64,000 nt of DNA, taken from positions 96,001-160,000 of the forward strand of contig JBIJDH010000005.1 in assembly GCA_044344255.1 (NCBI GenBank). Reading direction: 5' to 3'. The position numbers were made by a program, and so were the translations under genes. The number at the start of each line of letters is the position of its first letter. Positions within the stretch are counted from its first letter, which is position 1. The notes under the pieces were generated by a model. It was given only the letters and a program-made list of their open reading frames with translations, ran no database searches and was not told where the DNA came from. Below are positions 46,608-55,787 of the stretch, piece after piece. Origin of the DNA: Myxococcota bacterium (GTDB lineage: Bacteria > Myxococcota_A > UBA796 > UBA2385).

Positions 46608-49022
46608 ATGATTCGCCCTCGCCCGCCCTGGCGCCGTGTCCTCCTCCTGTCGGGTGCCCTGCTCTCGCCGCGCGTCGCCTGGGCGTTGAGCTGCGACGAG
46701 ATCCTGAACATGGTGATGGTCAACGTCCCCACGAACATCGTGGCGATGACGATCAAGGACAGCGGAGAGGACTTTTCGTCAGAGGTGCTGTCCTGCCTCG
46801 AACGGCAGGGCGCCCCCGCCGAGGTGCAGGCCGCGTGGCGCGCCCTCCGCCGGCCCACCTCGGACTCGAAGGCGAACGTGGCGCCGCCCGCTCCGGTCTC
46901 CCCGTCGGCCGCGCCAGCCCGGCCCTCCGCCGAAGGGAAGGTCCCGCCGGAGGTGCAGGCGGCGGTGGAGCTCGCGCGGGCGGGGAAGCACGATCGCGCC
47001 GCCCCCGCGCTCTTCGCGCTTGTCCAGTCGGGCCGCTTCCTCGAGCAGGAGCCGAGGCTCCTCTACCTCCTCGCCAGCAGCCTGGAGGCGCTCAATCTGG
47101 ACCACAGCGCTCAGATCCAGTTTATCGAGGTGGTCAAGAAGGGCACGGCCGGGGCGTACTTCTCTCCTGCGCTCGAGCATTTGGTGCACCTCGCCGAGCG
47201 GACGGGCGATTGGACGGACATTGATCGGATCTTCCCCAAGGTGCCACCCGAGGCCGTCCCGAGGTCCATTCGCGCGACCTATCACTATCGAATGGGTCGG
47301 CGCTCGCTGCGCGACGGTGACCTCACCGAAGCAAAGAAATTCCTCGACCAGGTGCCCGAGGGCTCCCTCACCTCGCTGCGGGCCCGCTTCCTCAGCGGGT
47401 CGATCTACGGCCGGCAGGCGAAGCTCAAGAGCGCGATGCGCATGTTCCTGGAGGTCGCTCGAGAGGCGAGCCGGGTGGACGCGACCGCAGGGGCCCAGCA
47501 GCGGGAGGTGGACCTCCTCGTAGACCTCTCCCTGCTCAACACCGCGCGGCTCTACTATTCGATTGAGCGGTACGCGAACGCGCTCGAGTATTACGCTCTG
47601 GTCTCGTCGCGAGGCCCCACCTATTCGACGGCGGCCTTCGAGGCGGCTTGGGCCGCCTTCATGATGGACGACCGGGCGGGGGCCCGAAGCCACCTCGGGC
47701 GGATCAATGGAAATGCCACGGCACCGAAGAAGCGCCAGACGCTGATCGACAAGGGGAGGTCCGACGAGGTGATCTGGCCTCTCTCCTATCCCGAGTCGGA
47801 CGTCCTCGCCGCGCTCATCGAGATCGAGGACTGCCGAGCGGACGCAGCCAGGGCGCGCCTCGACGCGGCGGACGCGCTGCGCCTGCCCCTGGCGAGTGAG
47901 CTCAGCTCCTTCGTGAAGGCATATGCCACGGAGGATGGAAAAAAACGGGCAGAGAACGCCTTCGATTCGTTCTTCCGTTCGGAGTCTGGCGACCTCGGCC
48001 ACAGCCGGGCGCTGCGACCCACTCTCCTCCAGGATCGAGAGCTGGCCGGGCTAGTCGATCACATCAGCCGGATGAACGTGGAGCGAGCCCGAATCCAGGC
48101 GCAGGGACAGGACTGGGGCGGCAGCGGCCTGACCGCGGCGCTGGTCGCCGGTGTCGCCGAAGACCAGACGCGGCTCCGTCGCAGGGCGGGCCTGGTGCTC
48201 CTGGGGGAGCTCGCGACGGAGGCCAACCGGCTGCAGGACATCTCTACGCAGGTGAGCCAGATACGATCGGAGCTGGCCTCAACCAGCGCGAGCGCCCGGG
48301 CGAGGTGCTCAGCCGGGGCGCCTGCCTCGGCGACCGCCGTTTCAGCCGCCGTGTCACTCCCTGTCCGACCCGCTCAGCCCCAAGCCGTCGCGACCCCCGT
48401 GACCGCGGATCGCGCTCGGGAGCGCGGCGGGCGCCGTGGGGCGGCCGAGGAGCCCGACGACGGCCTCCCCATCGCGGTGCGCGCCGCGCTGGAGCGCGCC
48501 GGTTGGACCCCGACGTTCAATCACTCGGCCACCTTCACCGCGGGGGACATCCTCCGGAGCGGCAGCAGCACGCCGGTGGTCTTCGGCAAGGAGTGTTTTA
48601 TCGCGGAGCCGCGGGAGGGGGGCTACAGCAGCCTCGACGTCATCCAGGCCTTGCAGGCCGGAGGCCGCCTCCCCCTGTTGGGAAGCACGGAGCTCCGCGC
48701 GGACGGCATGCAGTACAAGCAGGTGCGCTTCGCCGATCCCTTCGTCTCTGAGCTCTCGGAGATGACCATGACCCCGACGGAGCCCTGCCTGAGCTTCCTG
48801 CGGGCACAGCGGGTGAAAGGCGAGGACCTCTCGCAGTGGGTGGTGATTCAGGCGGTGATGAAGGCGGAGATCAAGGAGCAGGTCTGTCGGGAGCTCGAGG
48901 CGGCGGTTGGCCTCGGGGCGGTGGGGGTGTCTGCCGGGATGAGCAGCCAGTGTCTCCAGGGATCGAACGGGCAGGTGGCGGTCGCCTTCAAGCTGCGTCC
49001 GGTCCTCGACCTCATCCGTTGA
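46608..49022 (+). CDS. Secreted GltC-like TPR protein fused to a C-terminal beta-rich domain (possibly gasdermin-like)
   Basis: Signal peptide ending AWA; TPR helices with LNTARLYYS...AFEAAWAAF...YPESDVLAALI..EDC resembling myxobacterial GltC; Ala/Pro linker; separate ~185-aa C-terminal domain. Confidence 0.7.
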   Translation: MIRPRPPWRRVLLLSGALLSPRVAWALSCDEILNMVMVNVPTNIVAMTIKDSGEDFSSEVLSCLERQGAPAEVQAAWRALRRPTSDSKANVAPPAPVSPSAAPARPSAEGKVPPEVQAAVELARAGKHDRAAPALFALVQSGRFLEQEPRLLYLLASSLEALNLDHSAQIQFIEVVKKGTAGAYFSPALEHLVHLAERTGDWTDIDRIFPKVPPEAVPRSIRATYHYRMGRRSLRDGDLTEAKKFLDQVPEGSLTSLRARFLSGSIYGRQAKLKSAMRMFLEVAREASRVDATAGAQQREVDLLVDLSLLNTARLYYSIERYANALEYYALVSSRGPTYSTAAFEAAWAAFMMDDRAGARSHLGRINGNATAPKKRQTLIDKGRSDEVIWPLSYPESDVLAALIEIEDCRADAARARLDAADALRLPLASELSSFVKAYATEDGKKRAENAFDSFFRSESGDLGHSRALRPTLLQDRELAGLVDHISRMNVERARIQAQGQDWGGSGLTAALVAGVAEDQTRLRRRAGLVLLGELATEANRLQDISTQVSQIRSELASTSASARARCSAGAPASATAVSAAVSLPVRPAQPQAVATPVTADRARERGGRRGAAEEPDDGLPIAVRAALERAGWTPTFNHSATFTAGDILRSGSSTPVVFGKECFIAEPREGGYSSLDVIQALQAGGRLPLLGSTELRADGMQYKQVRFADPFVSELSEMTMTPTEPCLSFLRAQRVKGEDLSQWVVIQAVMKAEIKEQVCRELEAAVGLGAVGVSAGMSSQCLQGSNGQVAVAFKLRPVLDLIR

Positions 49023-49086
49023 GCGGCCCTGCGCGACTCCCGTCCATGGGAGGCGCGCCGCGGTAGAGTGCCCCTTGAGGTGCCCG

Positions 49087-49668
49087 ATGGCCGAAGCCGC
49101 CCGCAAGCTCCACCGGAGCTACGACGAACACCTGGCCTTGGAGGAGGAGACAGGCCTTCGCCATGAGTACCTGGACGGCGAGGCATGGGCGATGGCCGGG
49201 GGGACGATCCGCCACGCCGGGATCCAGGGGAACCTCTACGGCGCCGTGCGAGACGCCCTTCGGGGGCGCCCTTGCCGGCCATTCGGCTCCGACTGCAAGG
49301 TTCGGATCCCCGACACGGGCCTCGCCACCTACCCCGACCTCAGCGTCATCTGCGGCCCACCTCTCGTCCAAGTCGACTTCCCCCGCGCCGCCATCAACCC
49401 GATCCTGCTCGCCGAGGTCCTCTCGGACAGCACCGAGGCCTGGGACCGTGGCGGAAAATTCGCGCACTACCGGCGCCTCCCTTCACTTCAGTACTACCTG
49501 CTCGTGAGCCAGGAACCGCAGCGCGTGGAGCTGTACTCACGGTCCACGGAGGGCGCCTGGACCCTCACGGAGTATGCCCCCGGGACGAGCGTGCCCTTGC
49601 CGCTCCTCGGCGTCACGCTCCCGGTCGACGCGCTCTACGAGGACCTCGTCGACGAAGAGCTCGTCTGA
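49087..49668 (+). CDS. Uma2 family (PD-(D/E)xK) endonuclease-like protein
   Basis: RHEYLDG..AMAGG..H, YPDLSV, EVLSDST..DRG.KF..Y. Confidence 0.9.
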   Translation: MAEAARKLHRSYDEHLALEEETGLRHEYLDGEAWAMAGGTIRHAGIQGNLYGAVRDALRGRPCRPFGSDCKVRIPDTGLATYPDLSVICGPPLVQVDFPRAAINPILLAEVLSDSTEAWDRGGKFAHYRRLPSLQYYLLVSQEPQRVELYSRSTEGAWTLTEYAPGTSVPLPLLGVTLPVDALYEDLVDEELV

Positions 49669-49735
49669 GCCGCCCTCCTCCCGCCGGAGGGGCGCGGCGC
49701 GCTCCGGCCGGACGGGCAGGGTGATAGCCGGCGGC

Positions 49736-51094
49736 GTGACTACCACCGCCCCCTCCTTCTCCTCGCTCGGGGTCTCCCCGGCGCTCTGTCAGCTCCTCCT
49801 CACCGAGGGCCTGCTCCACCCTACGCCCATCCAGGTGGCGGCCATCCCGCCGCTGCTCTTGGGGGGTGACCTGCGGGTGGAGGCGGCCACCGGAACGGGG
49901 AAGACCCTCGCCTTCGGCCTCCCGCTGCTGCAGCGCCTCGACCTCAACTGGCGTGCCCCGCAGGCCCTCGTCATCGCCCCCACCCGCGAGCTCGCGGCGC
50001 AGATCGTGGCGGAGCTCCGGCGCTTCGGCAAGGGGCTGCCGGGGCTGCGGGTCGTCGCCCTCTGCGGCGGGGAGCCGCTCTTCGGGCAGGCGCGGGCCCT
50101 CGAGGCGGGGGCCCACGTGCTCGTCGGCACCCCCGGGCGCCTCCAGGATCATGTCGAGCGGGGCACGGTCTCGCTGCGCGGCGTGGGCGTGGTGGTGCTC
50201 GACGAGGCTGACCGGCTGCTCGATCTCGGCTTCCAGGACGCCGTGGAGGGGCTGCTCCTGGCGGTGCGGGCGGGCGGGCGCGCGGTGCAGGGGGTGCTCT
50301 GCTCGGCCACCTTCCCCGCTGAGGTGCTGCGCCTCGCTGAGGCGGTGCTGCGGAGCCCCGCCGTGGTCACCGCCGCGCAGCCGCCCGCCGCCCTCGATCA
50401 GGCGGTGGTGCCCTGCGCCACGCCGGCCGACCGCCTGCCGGCGCTCCAGGCCCTGCTCGCGCGCCTGAACCCCCTCGCGGCCCTGGTCTTCTGCAACCAG
50501 CGCCAGACCGTCGACGAGGTCGCTTCAGCGCTCCCCGCCGCGATGGCCCTCCACGGCGAGCACGAGCAGGAGCGGCGAAACGACGTGCTCGCGGCCTTCC
50601 GGAGCGGGAGCTGCCGGGTGCTCGTGGCCACCGACGTCGCCGGGCGCGGCCTCGACGTGGAGGGGGTGGAGCTCGTCGTCCACTATGACCTCCCCCCCAG
50701 CCCCTCGGCCGCCACCCACCGGAGCGGGCGCACCGGGCGGGCGGGCGCCGCGGGCCTGTCGGTGGCCCTGCTGCTGCCGAACCACGTCTCGCGGTGGGAG
50801 GGGCTGCTCGGCCCCCACGTGCGGCGGGTCGAGCTCCCGGCCGCCCTCCACGCCGAGGCTCACCCCGACTGGCGCTGCGTGCGCGTGGGGGCGGGGCGGC
50901 GCGACAAGCTCCGCCCGGGCGATCTGCTGGGCGCGCTCACCCGCGACGTCGGCCTTCCCCCGGAGGCGGTGGGCCGGATCGAGATCGGCGAGCGTTGCAG
51001 CTACGTGGCCCTGCGCCCGGCCGAGGCGCCGCGGGCCCTGCGCGAGCTCAAGCGGGTCAAGGGCAAGGGCGTGCGGGTGGACGCGGTGCGGTAG
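49736..51094 (+). CDS. dbpA: DEAD-box RNA helicase with DbpA RNA-binding domain
   Basis: PTPIQ, TGTGKT, PTRELA, TPGRL, DEAD, SAT, HRSGRTGR, C-terminal GRRDKLRPGDLLGAL. Confidence 0.8.
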   Translation: MTTTAPSFSSLGVSPALCQLLLTEGLLHPTPIQVAAIPPLLLGGDLRVEAATGTGKTLAFGLPLLQRLDLNWRAPQALVIAPTRELAAQIVAELRRFGKGLPGLRVVALCGGEPLFGQARALEAGAHVLVGTPGRLQDHVERGTVSLRGVGVVVLDEADRLLDLGFQDAVEGLLLAVRAGGRAVQGVLCSATFPAEVLRLAEAVLRSPAVVTAAQPPAALDQAVVPCATPADRLPALQALLARLNPLAALVFCNQRQTVDEVASALPAAMALHGEHEQERRNDVLAAFRSGSCRVLVATDVAGRGLDVEGVELVVHYDLPPSPSAATHRSGRTGRAGAAGLSVALLLPNHVSRWEGLLGPHVRRVELPAALHAEAHPDWRCVRVGAGRRDKLRPGDLLGALTRDVGLPPEAVGRIEIGERCSYVALRPAEAPRALRELKRVKGKGVRVDAVR

Positions 51095-51164
51095 CGCGGT
51101 TGGGATAGGGTCCGGGCTCTACCCGACGCGCTCCCCAAGGGGCGCCCTTCGCCCTGGAGCCCCC

Positions 51165-52187
51165 GTGTCCAAGAGCCCGATCCTCTCCGCCGGCCCGCTG
51201 CAGGGCATGCACTGGCCCACGCTCGACCCCTTCCTCTTCTGCGCGCACCACAACGACAACTTTCCTGCGGGAGACGCCGAGATGGCCCCGAAGGCGAGCC
51301 TCGCGGGGCGGCAGCTCGGGAGTGACTTCTCGCAGAAGGACGGCTGGAGCATGTACCACGGCGAGTCGACGCCGGGCTTCCCCCAGCACCCCCACCGCGG
51401 CTTCGAGACGGTGACCCTCGCCCGCAGCGGCTTCATCGATCACAGCGACTCGATGGGGGCCACCGCTCGCTTTGGGCGCGGCGACGTGCAGTGGATGACC
51501 GCCGGCAAGGGAGTGGTCCACTGCGAGATGTTCCCCCTCGTCAACGAAGACGAGGAGAACCCGACCGAGCTCTTTCAGATCTGGCTGAACCTGCCCGCCC
51601 ACAACAAGATGGTCGAGCCCTACTTCACCATGCTGTGGTCGGGGAAGATCCCGCGGCACAACCTGAAGGACGCCGCGGGCCGCTCGGTGGTGGTGACCAC
51701 GATGGCGGGCGCCCTCAACGAACAGAGCCCGCCGCCGCCGCCGCCCGACTCCTGGGCCGGCAAGCCGGAGAACCACGTCGCCATCTGGACGGTCGTGCTG
51801 TCGGAGGGGGCCCGCTTCACCCTGCCCACGGCGCCCGCCTCGGCCAGCCGGGTGCTCTACCTGTTCAAGAACAAGGGGGCGCGGGTGGCCGATCGCAGCT
51901 TCAGCGGGCCGCAGGTGGTGCAGGTGCAGGCCGACGCGCCGGTGACCGTCGAGGCCACGGGCGGCGTCGTCGAGCTGCTCCTGCTTCAGGGCAACCCCAT
52001 CCGCGAGCCGGTCGCCCAGCAGGGCCCCTTCGTGATGAACACGCAGTCCGAGCTCCAGGCCGCCTTCAGCGACTACCGCCGCACCCGCTTCGGCGGCTGG
52101 CCCTGGAAGCGGCCCGACCCGGTCCACCCCCGGGAGGAGGGCCGCTTCGCCATCCACGCCGGCGGCCGGCGGGAGCGCCCAGAGTAA
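51165..52187 (+). CDS. Pirin family protein
   Basis: DPFL, GFPQHPHRGFETVT, QWMTAGKGVVHCE, FQIWLNLP, GPFVMN. Confidence 0.95.
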   Translation: MSKSPILSAGPLQGMHWPTLDPFLFCAHHNDNFPAGDAEMAPKASLAGRQLGSDFSQKDGWSMYHGESTPGFPQHPHRGFETVTLARSGFIDHSDSMGATARFGRGDVQWMTAGKGVVHCEMFPLVNEDEENPTELFQIWLNLPAHNKMVEPYFTMLWSGKIPRHNLKDAAGRSVVVTTMAGALNEQSPPPPPPDSWAGKPENHVAIWTVVLSEGARFTLPTAPASASRVLYLFKNKGARVADRSFSGPQVVQVQADAPVTVEATGGVVELLLLQGNPIREPVAQQGPFVMNTQSELQAAFSDYRRTRFGGWPWKRPDPVHPREEGRFAIHAGGRRERPE

Positions 52188-52215
52188 ACAGGGGGAACCC
52201 GGGCAGGCGTCGGGG

Positions 52216-52713
52216 TCAGCGCTCGAGCTCCACGGTGAGGTCGGCGGTCACGGAGGCCCCGGTGCCCGCCTCGGCGCCCGTCCAGGTGGAGGGGACGGTG
52301 AGGAGCGTCGGGTCCGCGCTCGTCAGCGTGAGGTGGCTGCCCTTGGTGTGGTCGGTCACGAGCCCGACCGCGGTCTCTCCGACCGCGATCTGGACGCTCA
52401 GGTCTTGTGCGCCGTCCATCTCCCACTGGCCGCCCTCGGCGGTCACGTCCGACTTCGGATAGACCGAGACGCTGCCCTCCGCGTTTGGGATCAGCTCGTA
52501 GCGGATTAAATAGGTGGTGTAGTCACCGCCGCCACTCGAGAACTGGATGAAGCCGACGTCGTCGATCTCCACCGAGTCTCCGCCCTCCACGTCGATCGAG
52601 AGGCTGCGCAGGTCCCACCAGCCGATGGGCTCGTATCGACAGCCGGCGAGGGGCACCGTCGCGAGCAGGGCGTAGATCGAGAGGGCAGCGCGGGAGCCGG
52701 GGGAGCGGGGCAT
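52216..52713 (-). CDS. Hypothetical lipoprotein (lipocalin-like)
   Basis: LAGC lipobox followed by IGWW; TGATG overlap with the upstream gene. Confidence 0.7.
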   Translation of the reverse strand: MPRSPGSRAALSIYALLATVPLAGCRYEPIGWWDLRSLSIDVEGGDSVEIDDVGFIQFSSGGGDYTTYLIRYELIPNAEGSVSVYPKSDVTAEGGQWEMDGAQDLSVQIAVGETAVGLVTDHTKGSHLTLTSADPTLLTVPSTWTGAEAGTGASVTADLTVELER

Positions 52714-54002
52714 CAGAAATTCCCCTGGACGTTGAAGGACCACGACGAGACGTTGGTGGCGAAGGGATAGAGCGCGAGCAGCTCGGGGTCATTAAACAGC
52801 ACGGTGCCGCCGCCGCCGATCTTGCCGTCCTTCGACATCGCCCTCCCCTCCACCCGCGCCGAGACATAGGTGCCGCCCTCGACGCCGAAGATGGGCTGGC
52901 CGGGGAGGCGCACCATGCCGGCCTGCCCGAGGAAGCCTGTGCCGGTCGTGCCGGAGCGCTTGGCGTGGAAGCCGGGGCTGTGGACGCCGAGGGTGAGCAG
53001 GTGGAGCTGCTTCGTGGGCCGAGTGGCGTAAGCGCCGTGGACATCGACCCACTCAAAGAGGTCATCCTGCTCGACGTGGGTGGTGCGCAAGCGACCGACA
53101 CCGCCCAGGAGCCCGTCGAGGCCGCTCGCCGCCTCCGTCTCGGCCTCGGCCACCCCCTCGATCACGGGCGGGCCGAAGGAGAGGTCGCGGAGATAGACGC
53201 TCGAGTAGCCGAGGGGCTTGGAGAGGCGCCTCACGGGCATCCGGGTGCCCCCGGCCTTGAGCTGGCCGAGCACGCTCACGCCGTCAAAGCGCAGCACGCT
53301 CGAGACCCCGATGCCGAGGGTGTCTTCGCCGACGTCGGCGTAGAGGCCCTGAGAGCCCGCGTAGCCGGCGCGGGCGTGGACCCGCTTCGTCTCGTAGCGG
53401 AGGCCGCCGATCCAGTCCATCGCGAAGGCGCTGGCCCCCTCTTGGGTGGCCCAGCCACCGGAGATGGGGCCCAGCGCGGCGAGGGTGCCGGCGTACATCG
53501 GCACGGCGCCGAGCCAGAGCATCCCCCGCAGGAAGGGGTTCGGATAGGCCTGCTGGCCGAAGGTGACGCTCGAGCTGTAGAAGACGCCGAAGTTGCCCCA
53601 ATGGCCCGTCACCCCGATGTTGCCGGCCTGCATGTCGAGGGGGCGCACCTGGACACGGTAGTTGGAGGGACAATTGCCCTTTCCCTCCGCGCTGTTGTCG
53701 AAGGAGACCACCTGGGCGGCGTTGAAGGTAAACGTCCACTGGGCGGCGAAGGTGCCGCCGTCTTCGGGGGAGTCTTTCTCTCGGGCCACCGGGAAGAGCG
53801 CGCGCTCGGCGAAGGCGGTGGCGCTGTAGGTGTTCTGGTTGACCTGCAGGGCCGCGCGCGCGTTCTCGAAGCCTGCGGTGCCAGCGATGGGGTTACCGCC
53901 GTTGAGCGCGCAGTCGGTGCCCTCGGGGCGGAGGACGCCGTCGTCCGAGGCCCAGGCGGGGGAGAGGCCGAGCGAGAGGAGGCCGAGGAGGAGGCCCGTC
54001 AT
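52713..54002 (-). CDS. Exported probable outer-membrane beta-barrel protein
   Basis: Signal peptide ending AWA; amphipathic strands; C-terminal WSFNVQGNF. Confidence 0.65.
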   Translation of the reverse strand: MTGLLLGLLSLGLSPAWASDDGVLRPEGTDCALNGGNPIAGTAGFENARAALQVNQNTYSATAFAERALFPVAREKDSPEDGGTFAAQWTFTFNAAQVVSFDNSAEGKGNCPSNYRVQVRPLDMQAGNIGVTGHWGNFGVFYSSSVTFGQQAYPNPFLRGMLWLGAVPMYAGTLAALGPISGGWATQEGASAFAMDWIGGLRYETKRVHARAGYAGSQGLYADVGEDTLGIGVSSVLRFDGVSVLGQLKAGGTRMPVRRLSKPLGYSSVYLRDLSFGPPVIEGVAEAETEAASGLDGLLGGVGRLRTTHVEQDDLFEWVDVHGAYATRPTKQLHLLTLGVHSPGFHAKRSGTTGTGFLGQAGMVRLPGQPIFGVEGGTYVSARVEGRAMSKDGKIGGGGTVLFNDPELLALYPFATNVSSWSFNVQGNF

Positions 54003-54394
54003 GGGGCACCCCCTTCCCACTCGACCACCCAGTCGCAGCTCGGATCGGCGGCCAGCCAGGCCTCGATGTCATCGCCGAGGCCCTCCACCGTCTCGCAGGG
54101 GAGGTTTCGGAGGGTGTAGGCGCAGGAGAAGAGGTCTTCGGCCCCGAGCTCGTCGAGGCGGGGGTCGTCCGCCTCCCACTCGATGCAGGAGGTCTCGTCC
54201 TCGAAGTGTTCGAAGGCGGTGTTCGCGGCTTCGACGTCGCCCGTGCAGGCGTGGGTGCGGGCCGCGATGGCCCAGCCCACCTCCTTGCAGGGCTGGTCGG
54301 CGGGCATGGGCTCGACGAGGTGGCAGGCGGCGAGGAGCAGGAGGGCAGCCCCGAAGAAGGGGGGGGCAGACCCGAAGGCGAGGGCGCGGCTCAT
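53999..54394 (-). CDS. Small Cys-rich lipoprotein
   Basis: LLAAC lipobox; six further Cys; ATGA overlaps at both ends. Confidence 0.7.
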   Translation of the reverse strand: MSRALAFGSAPPFFGAALLLLAACHLVEPMPADQPCKEVGWAIAARTHACTGDVEAANTAFEHFEDETSCIEWEADDPRLDELGAEDLFSCAYTLRNLPCETVEGLGDDIEAWLAADPSCDWVVEWEGGAP

Positions 54395-54792
54395 GGGAGC
54401 ACCACCGTGTTGGGCTCGACGTCGGCGATCTCGACCCAGTCGATGAGCGCGCCGCTCGGGCTGTCGCGGAAGGCCCAGACGTGACCCACGTAGGTCGGCT
54501 GGTCGTAGGCGGCGCCGGGGGTGAGCGTGTTGTAGGCGATCTCCGCGCAGAGGGAGTCGACCCACAGCACGGAGACGTCCGTCGCCCGCTGGTTCTCGAC
54601 GTGCAGGGTGTGGGCCGCGCCCGCCGTCGCCGCCGAGCAGGGGGGCGTGTCGCCGCCGTCGGCGCCGTCCCCGCCGTCGCCTGCGCCGTGGGCGGTGTCG
54701 GCCGGGAGCCGCTCGGGGAAGTAGGCGGGCTCCCCGCAGGCGGCGAGCCCGACGAGGAGGAGGGACAGGACCGAGGCCTTTCGTCCAATCAT
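54391..54792 (-). CDS. Lipoprotein with VHL (von Hippel-Lindau) beta domain
   Basis: LAAC lipobox; NQRATDVSVLWVDSLCAEIAYNTLTPGAAYDQPTYVGHVWAFRD aligns without gaps to the VHL beta-domain core. Confidence 0.8.
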   Translation of the reverse strand: MIGRKASVLSLLLVGLAACGEPAYFPERLPADTAHGAGDGGDGADGGDTPPCSAATAGAAHTLHVENQRATDVSVLWVDSLCAEIAYNTLTPGAAYDQPTYVGHVWAFRDSPSGALIDWVEIADVEPNTVVLP

Positions 54793-55691
54793 AGGGTCTC
54801 GACCTGCAGGGTGGAGACCGCCAGCCGAAGCTGTCGGGTGGTGGTGCGCCGCTCGAAGAGCTCGACCCCCTCGGGCAACCCGATGGCCTCGAGCTCTCGG
54901 CGGGCTCGGTGCAGGCTCACATAGAGCTGATTGGCGGACTGACGCAGCATGGTGAGGAGGTCTGACGTATAGACCCAACCCTGTCCGGAGGCCGGCACTT
55001 GGGCGTCCTCCATCCGCGCCCGCGCCAGCGTGAGCAGCAGGTAGTGGTGTGCGCGAGCGGGGAGGGAGTGGCGGATCCCGCCGAGCTCGGCGGTCAGCTC
55101 CACATACTCTTCATCCGGCGTGACCTTGAAGGAGAGGGCGAGGGCCGGCGCCTCGACGCGCTGTGCGCGGACCTCCGCCGTGGCCGCGACGGCCTCCGGG
55201 AGCGTGAGCGACCAACGGCGGCCGACCACGTCGACCTCTGCGCCGCTGCGCACCGGCCCGCTCTGGCCACCCTCGCAGCGGAGCCAGCCCTCCTCGGGGT
55301 CATAGACGATGACCACGACGGGGTCCTCGGGGCTCGGGATGGCGAGGAGCTCGTCCTGCCCCTCCAGATAGAGCTCCCCGGAGCGGGCGCAGGGGGCGGG
55401 GGGCGCGTCGTCGGCGAAGGTCATTCGCTCGCCGGGCCGACCGAGCTCGATGAGGGCGCCCGACACGAGCGGGGCCACCTCGCCCGGCCCGAGGCGCCGC
55501 CCTTCGAGCCAGGTCCCGTTCCGGCTCGCGAGGTCGCGGAGCGTCCAGCGCTGCCCATCCCAGGCGATCGCGGCGTGTTGTGCGGATACACCGGCCGCGT
55601 CCAGCACCGTGTGCATGGCGCGGGAGCGGCCGATGAGGTGGTGAGGGAGGACGGGGAGGGGGTTCCCCCGCGGATCGTGGATCTTGGCCAT
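54789..55691 (-). CDS. FHA-domain protein with C-terminal winged-helix-like domain
   Basis: LIGRS, VSAQHA, RDLASRNGT (FHA); C-terminal GWVYTSDLL...LYVSLHRARREL...FERR. Confidence 0.85.
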   Translation of the reverse strand: MAKIHDPRGNPLPVLPHHLIGRSRAMHTVLDAAGVSAQHAAIAWDGQRWTLRDLASRNGTWLEGRRLGPGEVAPLVSGALIELGRPGERMTFADDAPPAPCARSGELYLEGQDELLAIPSPEDPVVVIVYDPEEGWLRCEGGQSGPVRSGAEVDVVGRRWSLTLPEAVAATAEVRAQRVEAPALALSFKVTPDEEYVELTAELGGIRHSLPARAHHYLLLTLARARMEDAQVPASGQGWVYTSDLLTMLRQSANQLYVSLHRARRELEAIGLPEGVELFERRTTTRQLRLAVSTLQVETL

Positions 55692-55787
55692 GGGCCGAGG
55701 ATAGCATGGCGCTCCGAGGGCGCCCGTGGACGCCCCCTTCGACGGGCAATAGGTGCGGCGGGGGCGTGGCGCGCGCCCTGGCGCGTG

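Noticed and set aside
49087..51094. Uma2 nuclease plus helicase as a defence system
   Set aside because: The helicase is an ordinary DbpA-type rRNA helicase, and Uma2 paralogs are scattered widely in such genomes.
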